Below are positions 1 to 13,657 of a stretch of DNA of 64,000 nucleotides, one piece after another. The notes under the pieces were generated by a model. The model had not been told where the DNA came from and ran no database searches. It saw only the letters and a list, made by a program, of their open reading frames with translations. Made by a program: the position numbers and the translations under genes. Source of the stretch: Octopus vulgaris (taxonomy: Eukaryota); assembly GCA_951406725.2 (NCBI GenBank), contig OX597815.1, positions 123,132,001-123,196,000 on the forward strand, written 5' to 3'. Numbering within the stretch: position 1 is the stretch's first letter; each line of letters opens with the position of its first letter.

Positions 1-261
1 TAAAAATTTGCGAAATATTTTTTCATAAAAGGATGCCCCAGCTTGTCGGAGGCTGTGATATAAATTGGGAAAAAAATCCTCGACACCAGTGCATAATTGG
101 TACTTAATTTATCGACCCCGAAACGATGAAACATTGACCCCCCCCCCCCGTTCTGGTTTATTTACCTTTTGTGTAAATTTATTGCGGCAAGGGGCAAAAC
201 ACAGAGAGGACAAAGCATGAGATACAAAAGTATTAAGTCGATTCTATCGACACCAGTGCTT

Positions 262-440
262 CTGTGCGTATGTGTGTGTATGTATATCTCCGTTTGTATG
301 TGTGTACGCTTATATATTAATTACTATGTGCTTGTGCAAATGTATATGCATGTGTTTGAGAGACAGAGTGCAAGTGTACGTGTGTATGTATCTGAATATA
401 TGTGTGTGTGTATGCGGCGTGCGTCTGCTATGTTTGTTTA
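262..440. repeat. Degenerate (TG/TA)-rich microsatellite
   Basis: Runs of tgtgtgta/tgtatg. Explains the spurious Cys/Val-rich ORFs 169..453 and 272..475. Confidence 0.8.
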
Positions 441-870
441 TCAATATCGATAACGCAGCAAATGATTTGAGCTGAAATGCTGGCATTTCATTGGTTAAAA
501 TTCGAAGAATTAAACTACGTTAAACTTACAAATTACAATTTTGTTTACAATAATGTTTTCTTTTGACACATTCTACCAGTATACGAAGTTTCAAATTGTT
601 TAGTTAACTAGAAAATTCCGTCCATCAAAAGGAAAAGATCCCTGATCCCAAAGGTGACTGTGGCAAGATTTGAACTCAAGACATAAAAGACTGTAACTAA
701 ATAACACAGATCCTTCACTTCCTTCAGTAATGGACCACTTGGATAGTCTTGATATATCTACTCTTGGTCGACATGCGTATCATATCTTACATATTAAGGA
801 TAACTCGGTTTAGTCCCCCGACCCGTCCATTTCCATTGGCAATACCTGTGTCAGCAAAAGTTAAATAAAC

Positions 871-1372
871 TTATAATAATGAAATTATTGTATACAGTGC
901 TCAGGTGCACAACAACTTGTCAAAAGTGCGTATAAAGCATGTGCAGTAAGTGAACAGTGTATGAATCAGATACATGCTTGCGTGTGTATGGAGGGGGGAA
1001 AATCAGGTGTAGTGTTAGCGAATCTCAAGAAGCATGGAAGTTTTGAAGGATGCATGCTCCGACAACTAACAACTGATGCCGGCAGTTTGTTCCATACTTC
1101 AGCAACTCTTAACGTGAAAAAATGTTTCCGAAAGTCATGGGAGCTGTGCTGTTTTCTAACTTTGTAAACATGTCCACGGGTGTTAGACAGGTGGAGTTTG
1201 AAAAGGTGCTCAGAGTTATTGTTAGTAAGATGGTTAATAATTTTATGGGTGTCTGCCAAGTCAGCTGCCAGACGTCGGAGTTTCAATGTATCCATGCCCA
1301 GGGAAGTAAGGCGTTCAGAATATGGCAAATGCCTGATAGAGGGTATTCTCTTGGTTGCACGTCGCTGAACGG
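871..1372 (-). mobile_element. 5'-truncated CR1/L2-type LINE 3' end
   Basis: Minus ORF 966..1328 (YSERL..LKLRR..D..K; TRGH..K; RKHFFTLRV..WNKLP) is typical of the CR1-group ORF2 C-terminus. It ends in an (ATT)n-like tail near 871-880. A ~30 bp copy of the same 3' end lies on + at ~8437-8468. Confidence 0.8.
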
Positions 1373-1940
1373 TTTAAGACTACCTAAAAATCATCAACAG
1401 TTCAATGGCCCACAAAGACATAAAATTTCAAAAATCTTTTGGAAAGGTTCAAGACCCATAAAGGACACTTCAGCGGCCCTTGCATTTAATAATACATGTA
1501 CTAAGCTCTAGATGCATCCACCAAACAAAATATCTGTTGGAGACCTTCATAGATTGTGAGGCGTAACATTTGTAGCGACTTGAAAGGTTTTAATTATGTG
1601 TTGTTCCGACTTGGTAGTTCACGAGGTCTCTGTTCATGGAAGTAGTACAGGTTTAGTGAAAAGTATCTATGTGGCATATGGATTATGCCTGTATATTGAA
1701 GGTTTAAAAAATGAAAATCGACATTAGCTGCATGTAAGTTGTTAAAAGTAATAGGAAGTATGCAGGTATAGGCCTGCGATTTCGAGTAAAGTGAGTTCTC
1801 TCCCAGTTGGAGGGAAATTACTGTTGGTATAAATCGTTCAAGTTCTTTTTCTTTATTCTATTTACATGTACATGCATTTACTAGTAAATCGCATGTATAT
1901 AGCTCTGATTATTAAAATACTGGATCTTTTCTGTCTGTGT

Positions 1941-2143
1941 TGTGGCGAGAGTTGTTGACACTCGTGGGGGATTGGAAGAATAGACACGCTGAACTCTTAT
2001 AGAGTAGCATTTTGGTTGTGACAGAGGTCGATAGGAGTCGTCGAGAGGGCGTTTTGGCGTCTCGCGAACTACGTCGTGTGAACATTGATTTTACCTCCGC
2101 ATCGTCAAATTATATATCCAACGTTTGACAAGGATATAAAAGT
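1941..2143 (+). repeat. 5' LTR of gypsy element
   Basis: Shares blocks such as gagagggcgttttggcgt..cgcgaactac and aaattatatatccaa with 5312-5484. 3' boundary approximate. Confidence 0.8.
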
Positions 2144-5100
2144 GACGACGAGATATTCGAAGCTTGCGCCGGACGTTAATTTTTTTTTTTTTTTTTTTTT
2201 TTTGGTACGAAATCAAAGAAAAATCGTTATCATGGAAGACTTATTGGCTTGCGTGGTGCAATTGCAACAGCAACAACACGAGGCTCCGGCAGGGGTGGGG
2301 GCGACCCGTGTAGTACTCTTTCGCTCTAACTTTCTCTCACTCTTTCTTCCTGTTTCTTGTCCCCGATTTCCTACGCAACCGCTGAGCCTGGATGCGCATT
2401 CATCCATCCGTCGATGCTCTCGGTGTCGGGGGTTGACCTGCTTTCTCTTCTGCGGGTCTTACGAATAGCAAAGGACCACGTTTCGGACTTCTCCCACTAC
2501 GGACAATCATGAGGCGCGATCTTGCGAGCTCTGGGACGAAGACCGCTTCGCTCAACAAACAGCAACAACAACAATACCAAGTGGAAATAATGTTGAAGAA
2601 GTCTGAAAGTACTTCAGGTTCGTTCTCGTCAGACGGCGTAGCAAACTCAGTTGTATAATTTATTTATAACCCATAACAAGGTCCTACTTTTTCTGCATGT
2701 TTTAGAAGAAACGAAGAAATCTTCAAAGAAGAAAGTAAAAATTGGAATGTCTAAAGTATTAAATTACTCGGATAACAATAATTCATTATAACCTCAATGA
2801 GTATGCGCTGATTTGTCAACGGGATTAAATGAATGTTTGCTGCCATGTAATTACCCGTTACCAAGTCCGGAGGAAATTTTCGCGAAGTTGAATGGAGGAA
2901 AAATCTTTTCAAAGTTGGACTTACCTGAAGCATATTTGTAGGTAAAAGTCGATGAGAAATGTTCAAAATTATTGACAATAGATACACACAACGGATTGTA
3001 TAAACTTTAATCAACTCCTCTTTGGTATAAAGGTAGCACCTAGCATTTTCCAACAAGTTATGGATATTATGCTCCAAGGTTCGGATTACACTGTAGCTTA
3101 CCTTGACGACATACTCATAAAAAGTGAATCTCGGGGTCAGCATGCTGAGCATGTTAAAAAGGTCTTCGAAAGAATAAAAGATTATGGGTTTAAGCTCAGC
3201 GAGGAAAAGTGTGAATTTCTATGCCAAGAATAAAATATCTAGGTCAGATTATTGATGAAAATGGACGCAGACCAGATCCATCTTGGTCGAGTGCAATAAA
3301 AAAAATGCCTTCCCCGACAAACATTACAAGCACTTTGGAGGCTCGCAAATTATTATCAGGTGTACATACCGAATATGCACGATTTAAGAGCACCCCTGAA
3401 TAACTTGTTAAAAAAAGACATTTAGTGGAACTGGTCGAACAAATGCCAAAAAGCTTTTGAAGAAATTAAAAACATCTTAACGTCAGAATTGTCGTTATCA
3501 CATTTTGACTCGAATTTGGAAATAGCAGTGGCAGTAGTTGCTAGTGAAGTGGATTGGAGCTGTGATTTTACACAAATATGAAGATAGTAGCCTGAAAGCA
3601 GTAGCTCATGCTTCGCGTTCATTATTGCCGGCTGAGAAAAGTTACAATCAAATAGAAAAAGAGGCATTAGCCTTAATATTTGCGGTAAAAAAAATGCCAT
3701 AAATTCATACATGGAAGAAGGTTCCGTCTACAGATAGACCACCGCCCATTATTGTCGATCTATGAATCAAAAAAGGGTATCCTCGCATATACAGCCAACA
3801 GATTACAGCGCTGAGGAATGATCCTACTGAATTACGATTTCAAACTGGAGTATTTGCTATCGAAAAAATTAAGATGCACAAATGGTTTGTCAGGGTTAAT
3901 ACCAAAATACAGTGAACCACTAGAAGACACAGTGATAGCGGAGTTAAAAGCCGAAATTTAAATAAATATTGTGCAATGTTGTGCGTGAATTGCCTGTGAC
4001 ATTGGAGGAAATAAAAATTAAGGCAGAGACGGGTGAGTTCATCATAAAAATGAAAAAAATAGTGAGATCAGAAGAAACAAAAAAAAATGTGTGGCTGGAC
4101 ATAATACAGTTTCGAATTTGTATTCGATATGTGATAATGTGCTTATGTATGCACAGAGGATCGTAATGCCTACCTCACTACAAGGTCGAATGTTAAAGGA
4201 ATTCCACACTGGACATCCAGGAATTTCTAGGATGAAGTCGCTTATGAGGAGTTATGTTTACTGGTCAAAAATAGATCTAGATAGTGAGAAGTGGGTAAAA
4301 TGCTGCAGAAGTTGTGCCCTTGAAGTGAAATTATCACCTATAAAATTTCAACCTTGGCCTAAGACCGATATTCTATGGTCCCGACTACACATAGACTTCG
4401 CAGGACCGTTAAACCAATCATATTATCTAATAATGGTAGATAGTTTTACTAAATGGTCAGAAATGTGTAAATGGAGAAAACCGACATCCACAGTAACAGT
4501 GTAATTTCTACACGAACTTTTTGCTAGGTATGGTGTCCCGGATACCATAATCTCCGATAACGGTACACAATTCACGGCGAATGAATTTAAGAATTTTTGC
4601 AAGATGTACTCAATTGAACATATCACTACTTCTCCGTATCAACCAAGATCAAACGGGCAAGCGGAAAAGTTCGTGGATACATTTAAAAGCGCATTAAAGA
4701 AATCAAGAAGCAAGCTAGTCGATGACGCAGCATTGACACAATTCTTGAGGGTTTATGGGATAACACCAAAATCAAACACTTTTTCAGGCAAGTCGCCAGC
4801 AGAAGTAATGTTTGCTCGAAAAACAAAGTTAATTTTCAACAATTTGTTACCAATAAGAAAAACAAATAAGGAAAACACTAAATATACGACAAAGCATTTT
4901 AATATCGGTGACAAGGTGTTTTTCAAGATATATAAAAATGGAAGTTGGGAAGACGGAGTAGTAACAAAAAGAATACGCAAAATGACATATGATTAGAGGT
5001 GAAAAATGGGAACACAAAAGACATTTAAACTAGCAAAAGAAAAAAAAAAGATATACGGAAAAAAGAAAAGAGACACCTATGGAGGTGTTGTACGACACTT

Positions 5101-5311
5101 TTGATGTTCCAACGCCACAAGAAATCGAACCTAGTCGTCGTAGCAGCACAGGAAAGAGAAAACAAACAGAACGGTTGGAAGTAGTGCATAAACGGAAGAA
5201 GTATTAAATTTCCCCAGGAGGAAAATCTCAAAAAGGAAGATGTAATGAAAGGAAAATAAATAAATGAAAATAATATTAACTTCCAATGGAAGTCAATCTC
5301 AAAGGGGGAGA

Positions 5312-5484
5312 TGTGGCGAAAGTCATTGACACCCCTAGGGAATTGGAAGAATGGACTTGCCGAATTCTTATAAAGAGTAGCGTATTGATTGAGATAGGGG
5401 TCGTTGAGAGGGCGTTTTGGCGTTTCGCGAACTACCTTTGCATCGTTAAATTATATATCCAATGTTTGTCAAAGATATAAAAGT
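5312..5484 (+). repeat. 3' LTR of gypsy element
   Basis: Starts with TG immediately after the polypurine tract. Diverged copy of 1941-2143. Confidence 0.8.
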
Positions 5485-6544
5485 TTAGCTACCAATATTT
5501 CAATAATTAAAGTTTATTGAAAATTTAAAAATTTGGTACACTAATGTAGTTTTCCAAGTTGACTTGCTGGAATTATTTCACTTCCTCTAGAAAACATTTT
5601 TTAAAGAAGTTAGAGAAGCTTAAAGTTTGATCATTTTCACCCAAAGCTGCAACGGAGTAATTTGGGATTAAATTTCTATAACAAGAGGTGTGAAACGGAT
5701 GAAATCCATAGATGGGAAACTTAAGTAATTATGAGGCCAATCAAGGACAAAGGCTTTAATGGACATCAACTTCTAAAACATTGCTTTCGCTGAAATTTTG
5801 AAATGGGAGAAACTTTTATATTTTTAATTTGTTCTTTCTTCCTTTTTTTCTTTTAATAAATTTATTTTTTCATACAGTTGTTGTTTTCAATCGTTTTCAA
5901 AGTTGAAAAGTCAAGTCTTTCCCATAGTTATTTTTCAGTTTTGAGTTACGGATTGGTAACTTTTTGTTTCACGGAAGAAAAATTGAACTGATATCACTCA
6001 CTGAATGAATGTTTTCTTTATATAACAGAATTAATGTCAAATAAAGATCACAGTAAATTAGATTGATAGAAAGAAAAAGAAAGAAAACAAAACAAAACAA
6101 CGAGACTATAAAAGGTTTCCAAATATAAGCTAGAGTTATTTCCCTTAATTGCGGTACATTTACTTAAAGCAGACGATTATATAATTTTTATAATTAAATA
6201 TATTATTAAATATATTTTTTGTACATAAAATTTTTAATGTAATTTAATATTTATTTGAATAATGAAGATATTTGACGAAAATTTCAGTATGCAATGGATG
6301 ATTTAGGCAATATTTAGTTTCGATAATATTACATTGTTTAAAAAAAAAATAAGTGAAATTCTTCTTGAAATATATAAAGGACAAATATCTTCAAAAGAAG
6401 CAAAAATATTATTAGCTATTAAAATTCTGATTTGAATTATATTTTATAGTTCTTGATATAGTCTTATATGATTAATCCCAGTTATACATTTCTACACGGA
6501 ACTTCGAAAGAGTGCATCACGTGAAGATAGTCCCCGCTGTCGGC

Positions 6545-6859
6545 ATGGCTGTCCGCTTAGGCTCACAGAGCTTGTGGAATAACTTTCGTAAAATAGATAA
6601 CAACTATCTGCATAAAAATTACTTTCTGTTTAGAAAGATCGATACAGTGCAGAAAGTCAATCATGCCAAATATTGGAAAGGTCACAATTCAAATTACTTC
6701 AGTAAGAAAATATTTAATCGTGTTTCCTGTGTTGCTGGGGTCACAACGTTGATATGTGCTTCCTATTACCGTTATGTGTACGGCGATACATTCAATAATA
6801 TACCAAATGTGCTCGCAGCGAAAGAGAAAGGTTTTCCTCAGTTCAAAATTTCCAGATCG
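6545..6859 (+). CDS. PTGES2: Prostaglandin E synthase 2 (mPGES-2), coding exon 1 of 6
   Basis: ATG at 6545 in good context (ggcATGG). Encodes a basic N-terminal leader plus a hydrophobic anchor. Donor G|gtatgt, phase 0, joins exon 2 in frame. Spliced CDS 1209 nt, 402 aa. Confidence 0.85.
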
Positions 6860-7912
6860 GTATGTAAATAATCTTTCTCTTTAGAATGTATTTAAAAATA
6901 ACGTGTATGTATTAATGATATATGCACTTACATTCACACATTTATACACACCATTATTCCTACGCTCATCTAATATAAAAATACATGAATGCATAACATT
7001 AACGCATGCAAACAACAATAAGCATACCAAGTATATATTATACTCTTGATTCTTTTTCCGAGCTAATTGAAAGTGAAAAGCGAAGTGTTATACAATTTTT
7101 ATCCTTGAGTTTTGAAAGTCAATCATGACACTTTAACTCTTTTAAGCATGACCAGAAAACCTTTGCCGCCAAAGTGTAAATGATTGTGGCATTTATGTAA
7201 ATAAATGGTGTTGTCATTGTCATCTTTCATACATTTCTTATCTATTTGTTTGTTTATATGGCATCTTTAAGCCTTTATATTTCTGCTGTAACAGTGATTG
7301 TAGTCATAAATTGGTTATATAACGTGTCAAATATATTCGTATATCTGAATCAATTCACTGCTAAACTAAGAAAATCAGGCCTAGAGTATTATATATAATT
7401 CTATCAATACTGAATCTAGTTTTCCAGCTGATTAAAATTAGATAAATGAATTACATGCTGATATTCACGCATTCTTATTCTTCATGGAAACGAAATCCAT
7501 TACAAATAATCTGTTAAATGTCATTAAACTCTCCACATGACAGTGAATATTGAATGAAACGTTTTCTAAAAATTCTTCATGAAACAATCGTCTACCTAAA
7601 TTTAATCGAAAAAAGTGGGGTGGAATTATTTTGTCCCATTCTTTCGTATTCAAACGTCCTTGACCTCTTGTGCTAAACGAAAGCGATATCACATTAAGCA
7701 ATCATTATTCAACTAAATTATGACATTACTGAAGAAACATTTTTAAATTCCCAGATATAACAACAGGTCTTGAGCCCAAAAATGCTTTGTGATTTGATAG
7801 TGTCGACCTATAACATTATGTAGGGTTAGTTGTGGTTATTTTACATAGGGTCATAGTAGATTGCATAGTTCTCTATGAGAAATCTAAAACTGATCGGTGG
7901 ATATTACAGTAA

Positions 7913-8081
7913 CAGTAGGGTAGCTAAGGATGGGGGATGTACATCCTGATTGACGCTTTTATGGGGTCAGCACTTTTAGGACTGCTATATAAACATGAGT
8001 AGACTGTATTGCCAAGAACTGGAGCGGAGAGTTCAAACTTAAGGGCTGCCCCGGGTGGCACACACTCCAGCTCTGCCACTA
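7913..8081. mobile_element. Degenerate MITE (cagtggcgtagct..agctacgccactg-like ends)
   Basis: Ends cagtagggtagct / agctctgccacta are imperfect inverted repeats. Confidence 0.4.
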
Positions 8082-8575
8082 TACAGTAATTGTTGGATGA
8101 AATGAAAACAATAAAATATATTCATTTCAAATTTTGGCATAAGACCAGCAAGTTCAGGGGAGACCCCAGGGATCAACTGGTACTTATTTTATTAACCCCA
8201 AAAGATAAAAGGTAACGTCGAACTCAGAACATAAAGACGAAGGAAATGTCCCCAAGCATTTTGCTTGATATATTGATAACACATTTGAAACAATAGTAGC
8301 TGTTTTGGAAACGTTTTAGCATCTTGTTATTTGTAACGTCTTCATTTATTTCCCTTGGCTCAATTTTGTTTATGTTATGCCAAAATAAAGAGCTCTTTTA
8401 CTTCTTCCCAGCAGATTAGACACTAATCACCAATGAGCATTGTATACAATAATTTCATTATATTATTACTCATTAAAATGTGAACAAAATTATACTCGGT
8501 ACAACTCAAAGTTGATGGCCCTGCAGTTATTACTAGGATGTCAATACAGTGTGGATGATGAATAAATATATGATG

Positions 8576-8799
8576 TTAACCCTTTTATTACCAGATTTTT
8601 GTTGAAATACACTGCCCGTGTTTCACTTAATTTTGAAAATTATGAACAATTTAGTAAAATAACTTTGTCATTAATGAGCTTGTTTGTGGAACAAATTGAC
8701 ATGAAATTTTTATGGAAGATTTTGATTAATATTTCTTTAAAACATGAAGTTAGTTTCCTAGAACCTGGCACTGTCAAATGGGTTGGTCAAAAAGATTAA
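8576..8799. mobile_element. piggyBac-like MITE
   Basis: TTAA-CCCTTTT ... AAAAGA-TTAA ends. Confidence 0.5.
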
Positions 8800-10405
8800 T
8801 TATATGTATTTAGCCTTGCTGTGATACTAGATCCATAAGGGAGTGTATGTTTGACACCCTTGGAATGAAGCTTGGACTAACTGGTTCCACTTTCTTCAAA
8901 GCTCATCAGGACTCAATTATCTCTCCCTCTCAAGATGTCACAATGCCATTAAACAAATAAGCTTTTGTAGGTACAATTTTGTTTATATTTTAATGAATAG
9001 TCTTCTACTATTATATTTTGACATCTTGGGAAAAAGAGTACTAATACAGCATGAGATATAGACACATAGTCATACCTCTATATACTTAGACTCACTGTGA
9101 AATGAAAAGGCCCATGGGGTCCTTTTAGATAGTTATGGGTGAGAATCAAACTACCTGAATTTGCTATTCTTATAGATGATATCTAGTTATATTTTCTTGA
9201 GTTCATATTTTACAATTGCTATCATAATTGCCAATATTGCACTGAAATACAACTTTACATTTCTGAGATATAATAAATAAACACTTTCTCAAATATGCAT
9301 GCTGTTGCTATCACACAATGGTACATAAATACTGTACACACAATAACTGTATTTGGAAACTTGTGTTTTGCATTTGTATTCTTTTATTCTGTTGCACATT
9401 ACTAGTTATTGCTAATCATTTCTCACTGCATCTGTTGTTGCCTAGCTAGTCTTTATTACCATTCAGTAAATATAATCTGCTACCAAAGATACAGAGCCAC
9501 CTATCATTCCACCACAAACTCCCTTTTCTTTCATATTTAATATTCTTACTTTACAAAGCATGCCCAGATGATTAGACTATTTTTTCCCCTTCTATGATAC
9601 TTTCATATATTTCAGTTTATTCTTTGGTGATTTGTGTCTAAATTTTGGGTGGGTCTTGACTTAACACTGCTGGCTGTCTTTATGGCAGCTAATTGGTTGT
9701 GTTGTTAGAGTGTTGGACAGAACGCCTCATAGTATTTGTTCTAACCCTTTGGGTTCAAATCATGCTGTGGTTGACTAAGCATGTTATCCTTTCAGGATCA
9801 ATAAAAAAATGTATCAATTCAGAGTGACAATCTAGTTGAACTGTTAATGCAGGACAGAATGCCTTGCAGTATCTTTACATTCTGACTGCAACAACACTGG
9901 TGCCAGGCTGTATCAGTCCAAGTTAGTGGTCTTTCTCTTAGATAAACATCAGTGGTGTGGAGTAATGAAACTGGTATGCATGGGTAATTGTGAGTTTTAT
10001 TCTGAAAATCTCGCCCAAGTCCACATATATACAATTAGATGTAATGCAGAGCCAACATTGACTGACAGAGGTCTTGCCTGGCCTTTAGAGTAGATTATGT
10101 TGCAACTATTCAGACTAAGTCTCTGTCTAAGGATAACTCCTAAGTTATGGTTTTGTCTCTTCCTACTTGTTTTTGAGATCCTACAAAACCAAGCCATAAA
10201 AAAAATGTCCTCAGAAATGTTGTTAGCAATAAGAAAAGGAAAGTCATCTGCTGTTCACTAAAAGTCATGCAATATCACTGTTGTTTTTAATTATGTTGTC
10301 CTAGATTTTTCTTCATATTACTTCTGATTTCTTCACTATTTATAATTCAGAATTCTTTATTCTTTTTACATTTGATTGTTGTTCAGCAATGTCTAGCAGT
10401 TTTAA

Positions 10406-10657
<252 letters not shown>

Positions 10658-11554
10658 TAATTAAATATAATTTGCTAATAAGTTTAAATTCAAATAACAT
10701 AATTGCTGTATAACTGAAAGCAGCCTTTGGCAAAGCTTTTTGGGTAGAGGCCTTATAAATAAAGTTTAATGTTCTACATACCATCAGCTGTCAGCTTAGT
10801 CCCTTTATGATTAAATATCTATCGTGTGTGTGTACCATCAGTATAAATAGTTAAGTTACTAATGATTGCAGAGATAGGGTGGGGTGAAGTTATGATACAA
10901 TAACATTCTATCTTGATAAAATGATGTCCTTCAATTTATTGATGCATTGGAAATTGGGATGCATATTAGCATACAGTGAATCATTCTAATCATCAGAAGA
11001 GAAAAATTTTAAAAACAACGTCAATTTTGTAAGGTTAATTATATTTAATTATATATACACACCATATTCCTGGTGCATATTTTATCAACTCCAGGAGGAA
11101 AAGGAAAGCTAATGTGTCATGGTTTTGAGTCTTGATCAAGGAATGTAAGATAAATCTAAAGTATAATGCATTTAATTTGAAACTTTACTGCTTTAACTAT
11201 CTCCAAGACTGTTAAGAAGTTCACCTCACAATCTTGAGGCCTTGGGTTCAATCCCACTACATGACATCTTGAGAAAGTGTCTTTTACTGTAGCCTCAAGT
11301 TTTGTGAGAGAAAATTAGGTACATAGAAATTGTGTAGAAATACCAGATAGACTGTACATGTAATCCAGAAATCTAGCATTGTTTTACACATTATGAAAGC
11401 TGATTCTGCATAAGGATTATGTCAAGGGTACACATGTCGAGACTATTCTGCCATTATGTGTTAATATAAATAATTAGGTTGTTCAGTTGATTGAACAGCG
11501 GAATGCTCATTGTTGAAATTGATGGGATATCCACCATCACCATGATTTTATTAT

Positions 11555-11693
11555 ATATAAGAAATTGGGATGACAAAGGAATAAACAATTATTTTATGAA
11601 CTTCATTAGCTTACAGCTGTTCCTGCTATAAGGTGCAGTGAACTCATAGTTGAGTGCCTGAGTATCACATAACTTCATTGAAACCTCAAACAT
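11555..11693 (-). mobile_element. Penelope-like element pLTR fragment with decayed minimal hammerhead (copy 1)
   Basis: Similar to 13658-13795. Minus strand reads ..CAATGA-AGTTATG..TATAGCA-GGAAC-AGCT-GTA-AGCT. Confidence 0.55.
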
Positions 11694-12212
11694 GTTTGAT
11701 TCATCAACGATTCTGTTCTGCTTTTCTTTCTTCCTATCTTTATCAGTTACCTCCTCAGCTAACACTTGTCATAATCTTTTACATTTCTCCCTCCTTGTTC
11801 TCTATCTTACCTGCCATTTGATACCATCTCCATGACAGCAATAACAACAGAAAACTAAAGAATTAAAATTAATTAGAAATTTAAAACCCCCAAATTAAGA
11901 AATGTCATCAAAAGATAATTACCAGTGTTCTTGCTTGCATTAAATATTATTTTTTTCCCTACAAGACAAATTATATAATACAGCTGACTATTATACCATA
12001 TCATTGAGATTATTTTACCTAGGTACAAGCCTTTTGGTATCAACAATTAATCAATGCCTTACTAAACCTAGCAGAATTTCAAACATTAGTGTCTATTTTG
12101 TCTGTCTATCTGCCTGTGTCTCTTTCTCTCTCTCTCTCTCTTTAATACATTAGAAGTCAGCTTGAATCTTGCTTGCTTGCAATGTTACCCAGCCAAACTG
12201 GCACATAATGGG

Positions 12213-13065
12213 AAAATACTATGAAATAAGTTTACCCTGAAATGTAAATACGAACAAAATGAAACAAATTTTGCGTTTCACACATGCACATTGTTTGTTT
12301 TTTATTTTGTCAACTACACAGTATTGTAGGGTCAGTTGGGCACTGTCCATGATGCAATTCACTCTGCCAGAAGTTTGGAAATGACATGCTGTACTGCTTG
12401 ACATACATGCCAGAAGCTCCAATATGAACATTTCAGAGTGGTTGGGTATCAGTCTGAGAACATGTATTGAGAGTGATAAAAATCAAACATCTAGTCAACA
12501 TCATAGTGTTTGGAGTGATCGCTAGTGATGGCAACGTTATTCCTCCATTCATCTTCCCACATGGCCTCAAACTCAACACGGAGTCCTATATCAAGTGCCT
12601 GGAGGAGGTAGTGCTGCCCTGGGTCAAGAGGGTGGCTGCTGGAAGATCTCATGTCTGGCAACAGGACTCTGCACCATGCCACACAAGCAGGAGAACCCAG
12701 TCATGGCTGTCAGACAATTTCTGTGATCACATCACCTCTAACATCTGGTCACCTAACTCCCTAGACTGCAACTCCCTTGATTATTATGTGTGGGTCACAG
12801 TTGAGTGAGAGACCAACAAAACTCCTGTAACACCAAAGATGAACCAAAGGCAAGGATTATGGCAGCATTCACCATCTTAAATGAGGAGACTGTCCACAAG
12901 AGTTGCAGGAGATTCTGAAGTCATCTGGAGACCGTAATTGAAGTCAATGGCGATTTTATTGAATAAATTTACTCTTTAGTATTTGTAAATATATGTGTCA
13001 AAATGAGATGTCAGTGTTATTTTCATTTTTTCAAAATTTAGATGATAGTTTATTCACTGCACCCC
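12213..13065 (+). mobile_element. Tc1/mariner-superfamily DD37D (maT) transposon remnant
   Basis: ORF 12467..12808 contains WQQDSAPCH...NSLDCNSLDYYVW with 37 residues between the second and third catalytic Asp. The 3' TIR-like end tgcaccccg is followed by TA. 5' boundary uncertain. Confidence 0.8.
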
Positions 13066-13096
13066 GTATATATAAGTATACACACACACACACATA

Positions 13097-13530
13097 TCAT
13101 CCTCATCATCATTTAGCATCTACGTTCCATGCTGGCATGGATTAGATGGTTTGACTGGAACTTGTAAGGCGGAGAGCTGCACAAACCTCCAGTCTCATTT
13201 GGCACAGTTTCTATGGCTGGATGCCCTTCCTAACGCCAACCAATTCAAGAGTGTAATGAGTGTTTTTTGTGTGCCACTGGCACGGGTGCTTTTATGTGCC
13301 ATCAGCATGAGTGTCAGTTACATGACACCAGCATTGGCCATGACTGCAATTTCACTTGGTTTGATAACTCTTCTCAAGCACAGCATATTGCCAAAGGTCT
13401 CAGGCACTTGTCATTGTCTCTGTGAGGCCCTAAATTCAAAGATCATGCAGCAACTCCATGAGTGTAATGGGTGCTAGTTATGTGACACTGGCATTGGCCA
13501 CGACTACAATTTCATTTGACTCGATGAGTC
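13097..13530 (-). mobile_element. RTE-LINE-derived 3' end/SINE, (GAT)n tail
   Basis: Begins catcatcatttagcatc..ccatgctggcatgg and contains ggatgcccttcctaacgccaacc, shared with many copies in the window. Confidence 0.75.
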
Positions 13531-13657
13531 TTTTTGGTTTATATGTGTATACATATATATATTTTTTAATATTTAGGTTATGCATTGTGGTATTAATAAC
13601 CTAGTGCAGAACTCAGTATACATATATTTCAGAACAAAGCATTGAGTACAGAGTAGT

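Larger units (their letters stand above)
1941..5484 (+). mobile_element. Degenerate Ty3/gypsy LTR retrotransposon (K02A2.6/Mag-like) with two LTRs
   Basis: Similar LTRs start TGTGGCG at 1941 and 5312. PBS-like aaagtgacgacgag follows the 5' LTR and PPT aagggggaga precedes the 3' LTR. There are RT (YLDD; KYLGQII), RNase H and integrase (HTGHPG, LHIDFAGP, SDNGTQF, SNGQAE) remnants with stops and frameshifts. Confidence 0.92.

Noticed and set aside
169-475. Cys/Val-rich ORFs
   Set aside because: Translation of a TG microsatellite.
6512-6544. Upstream GTG start for PTGES2
   Set aside because: Artefact of alternative start codons in the ORF track; the first ATG is 6545.
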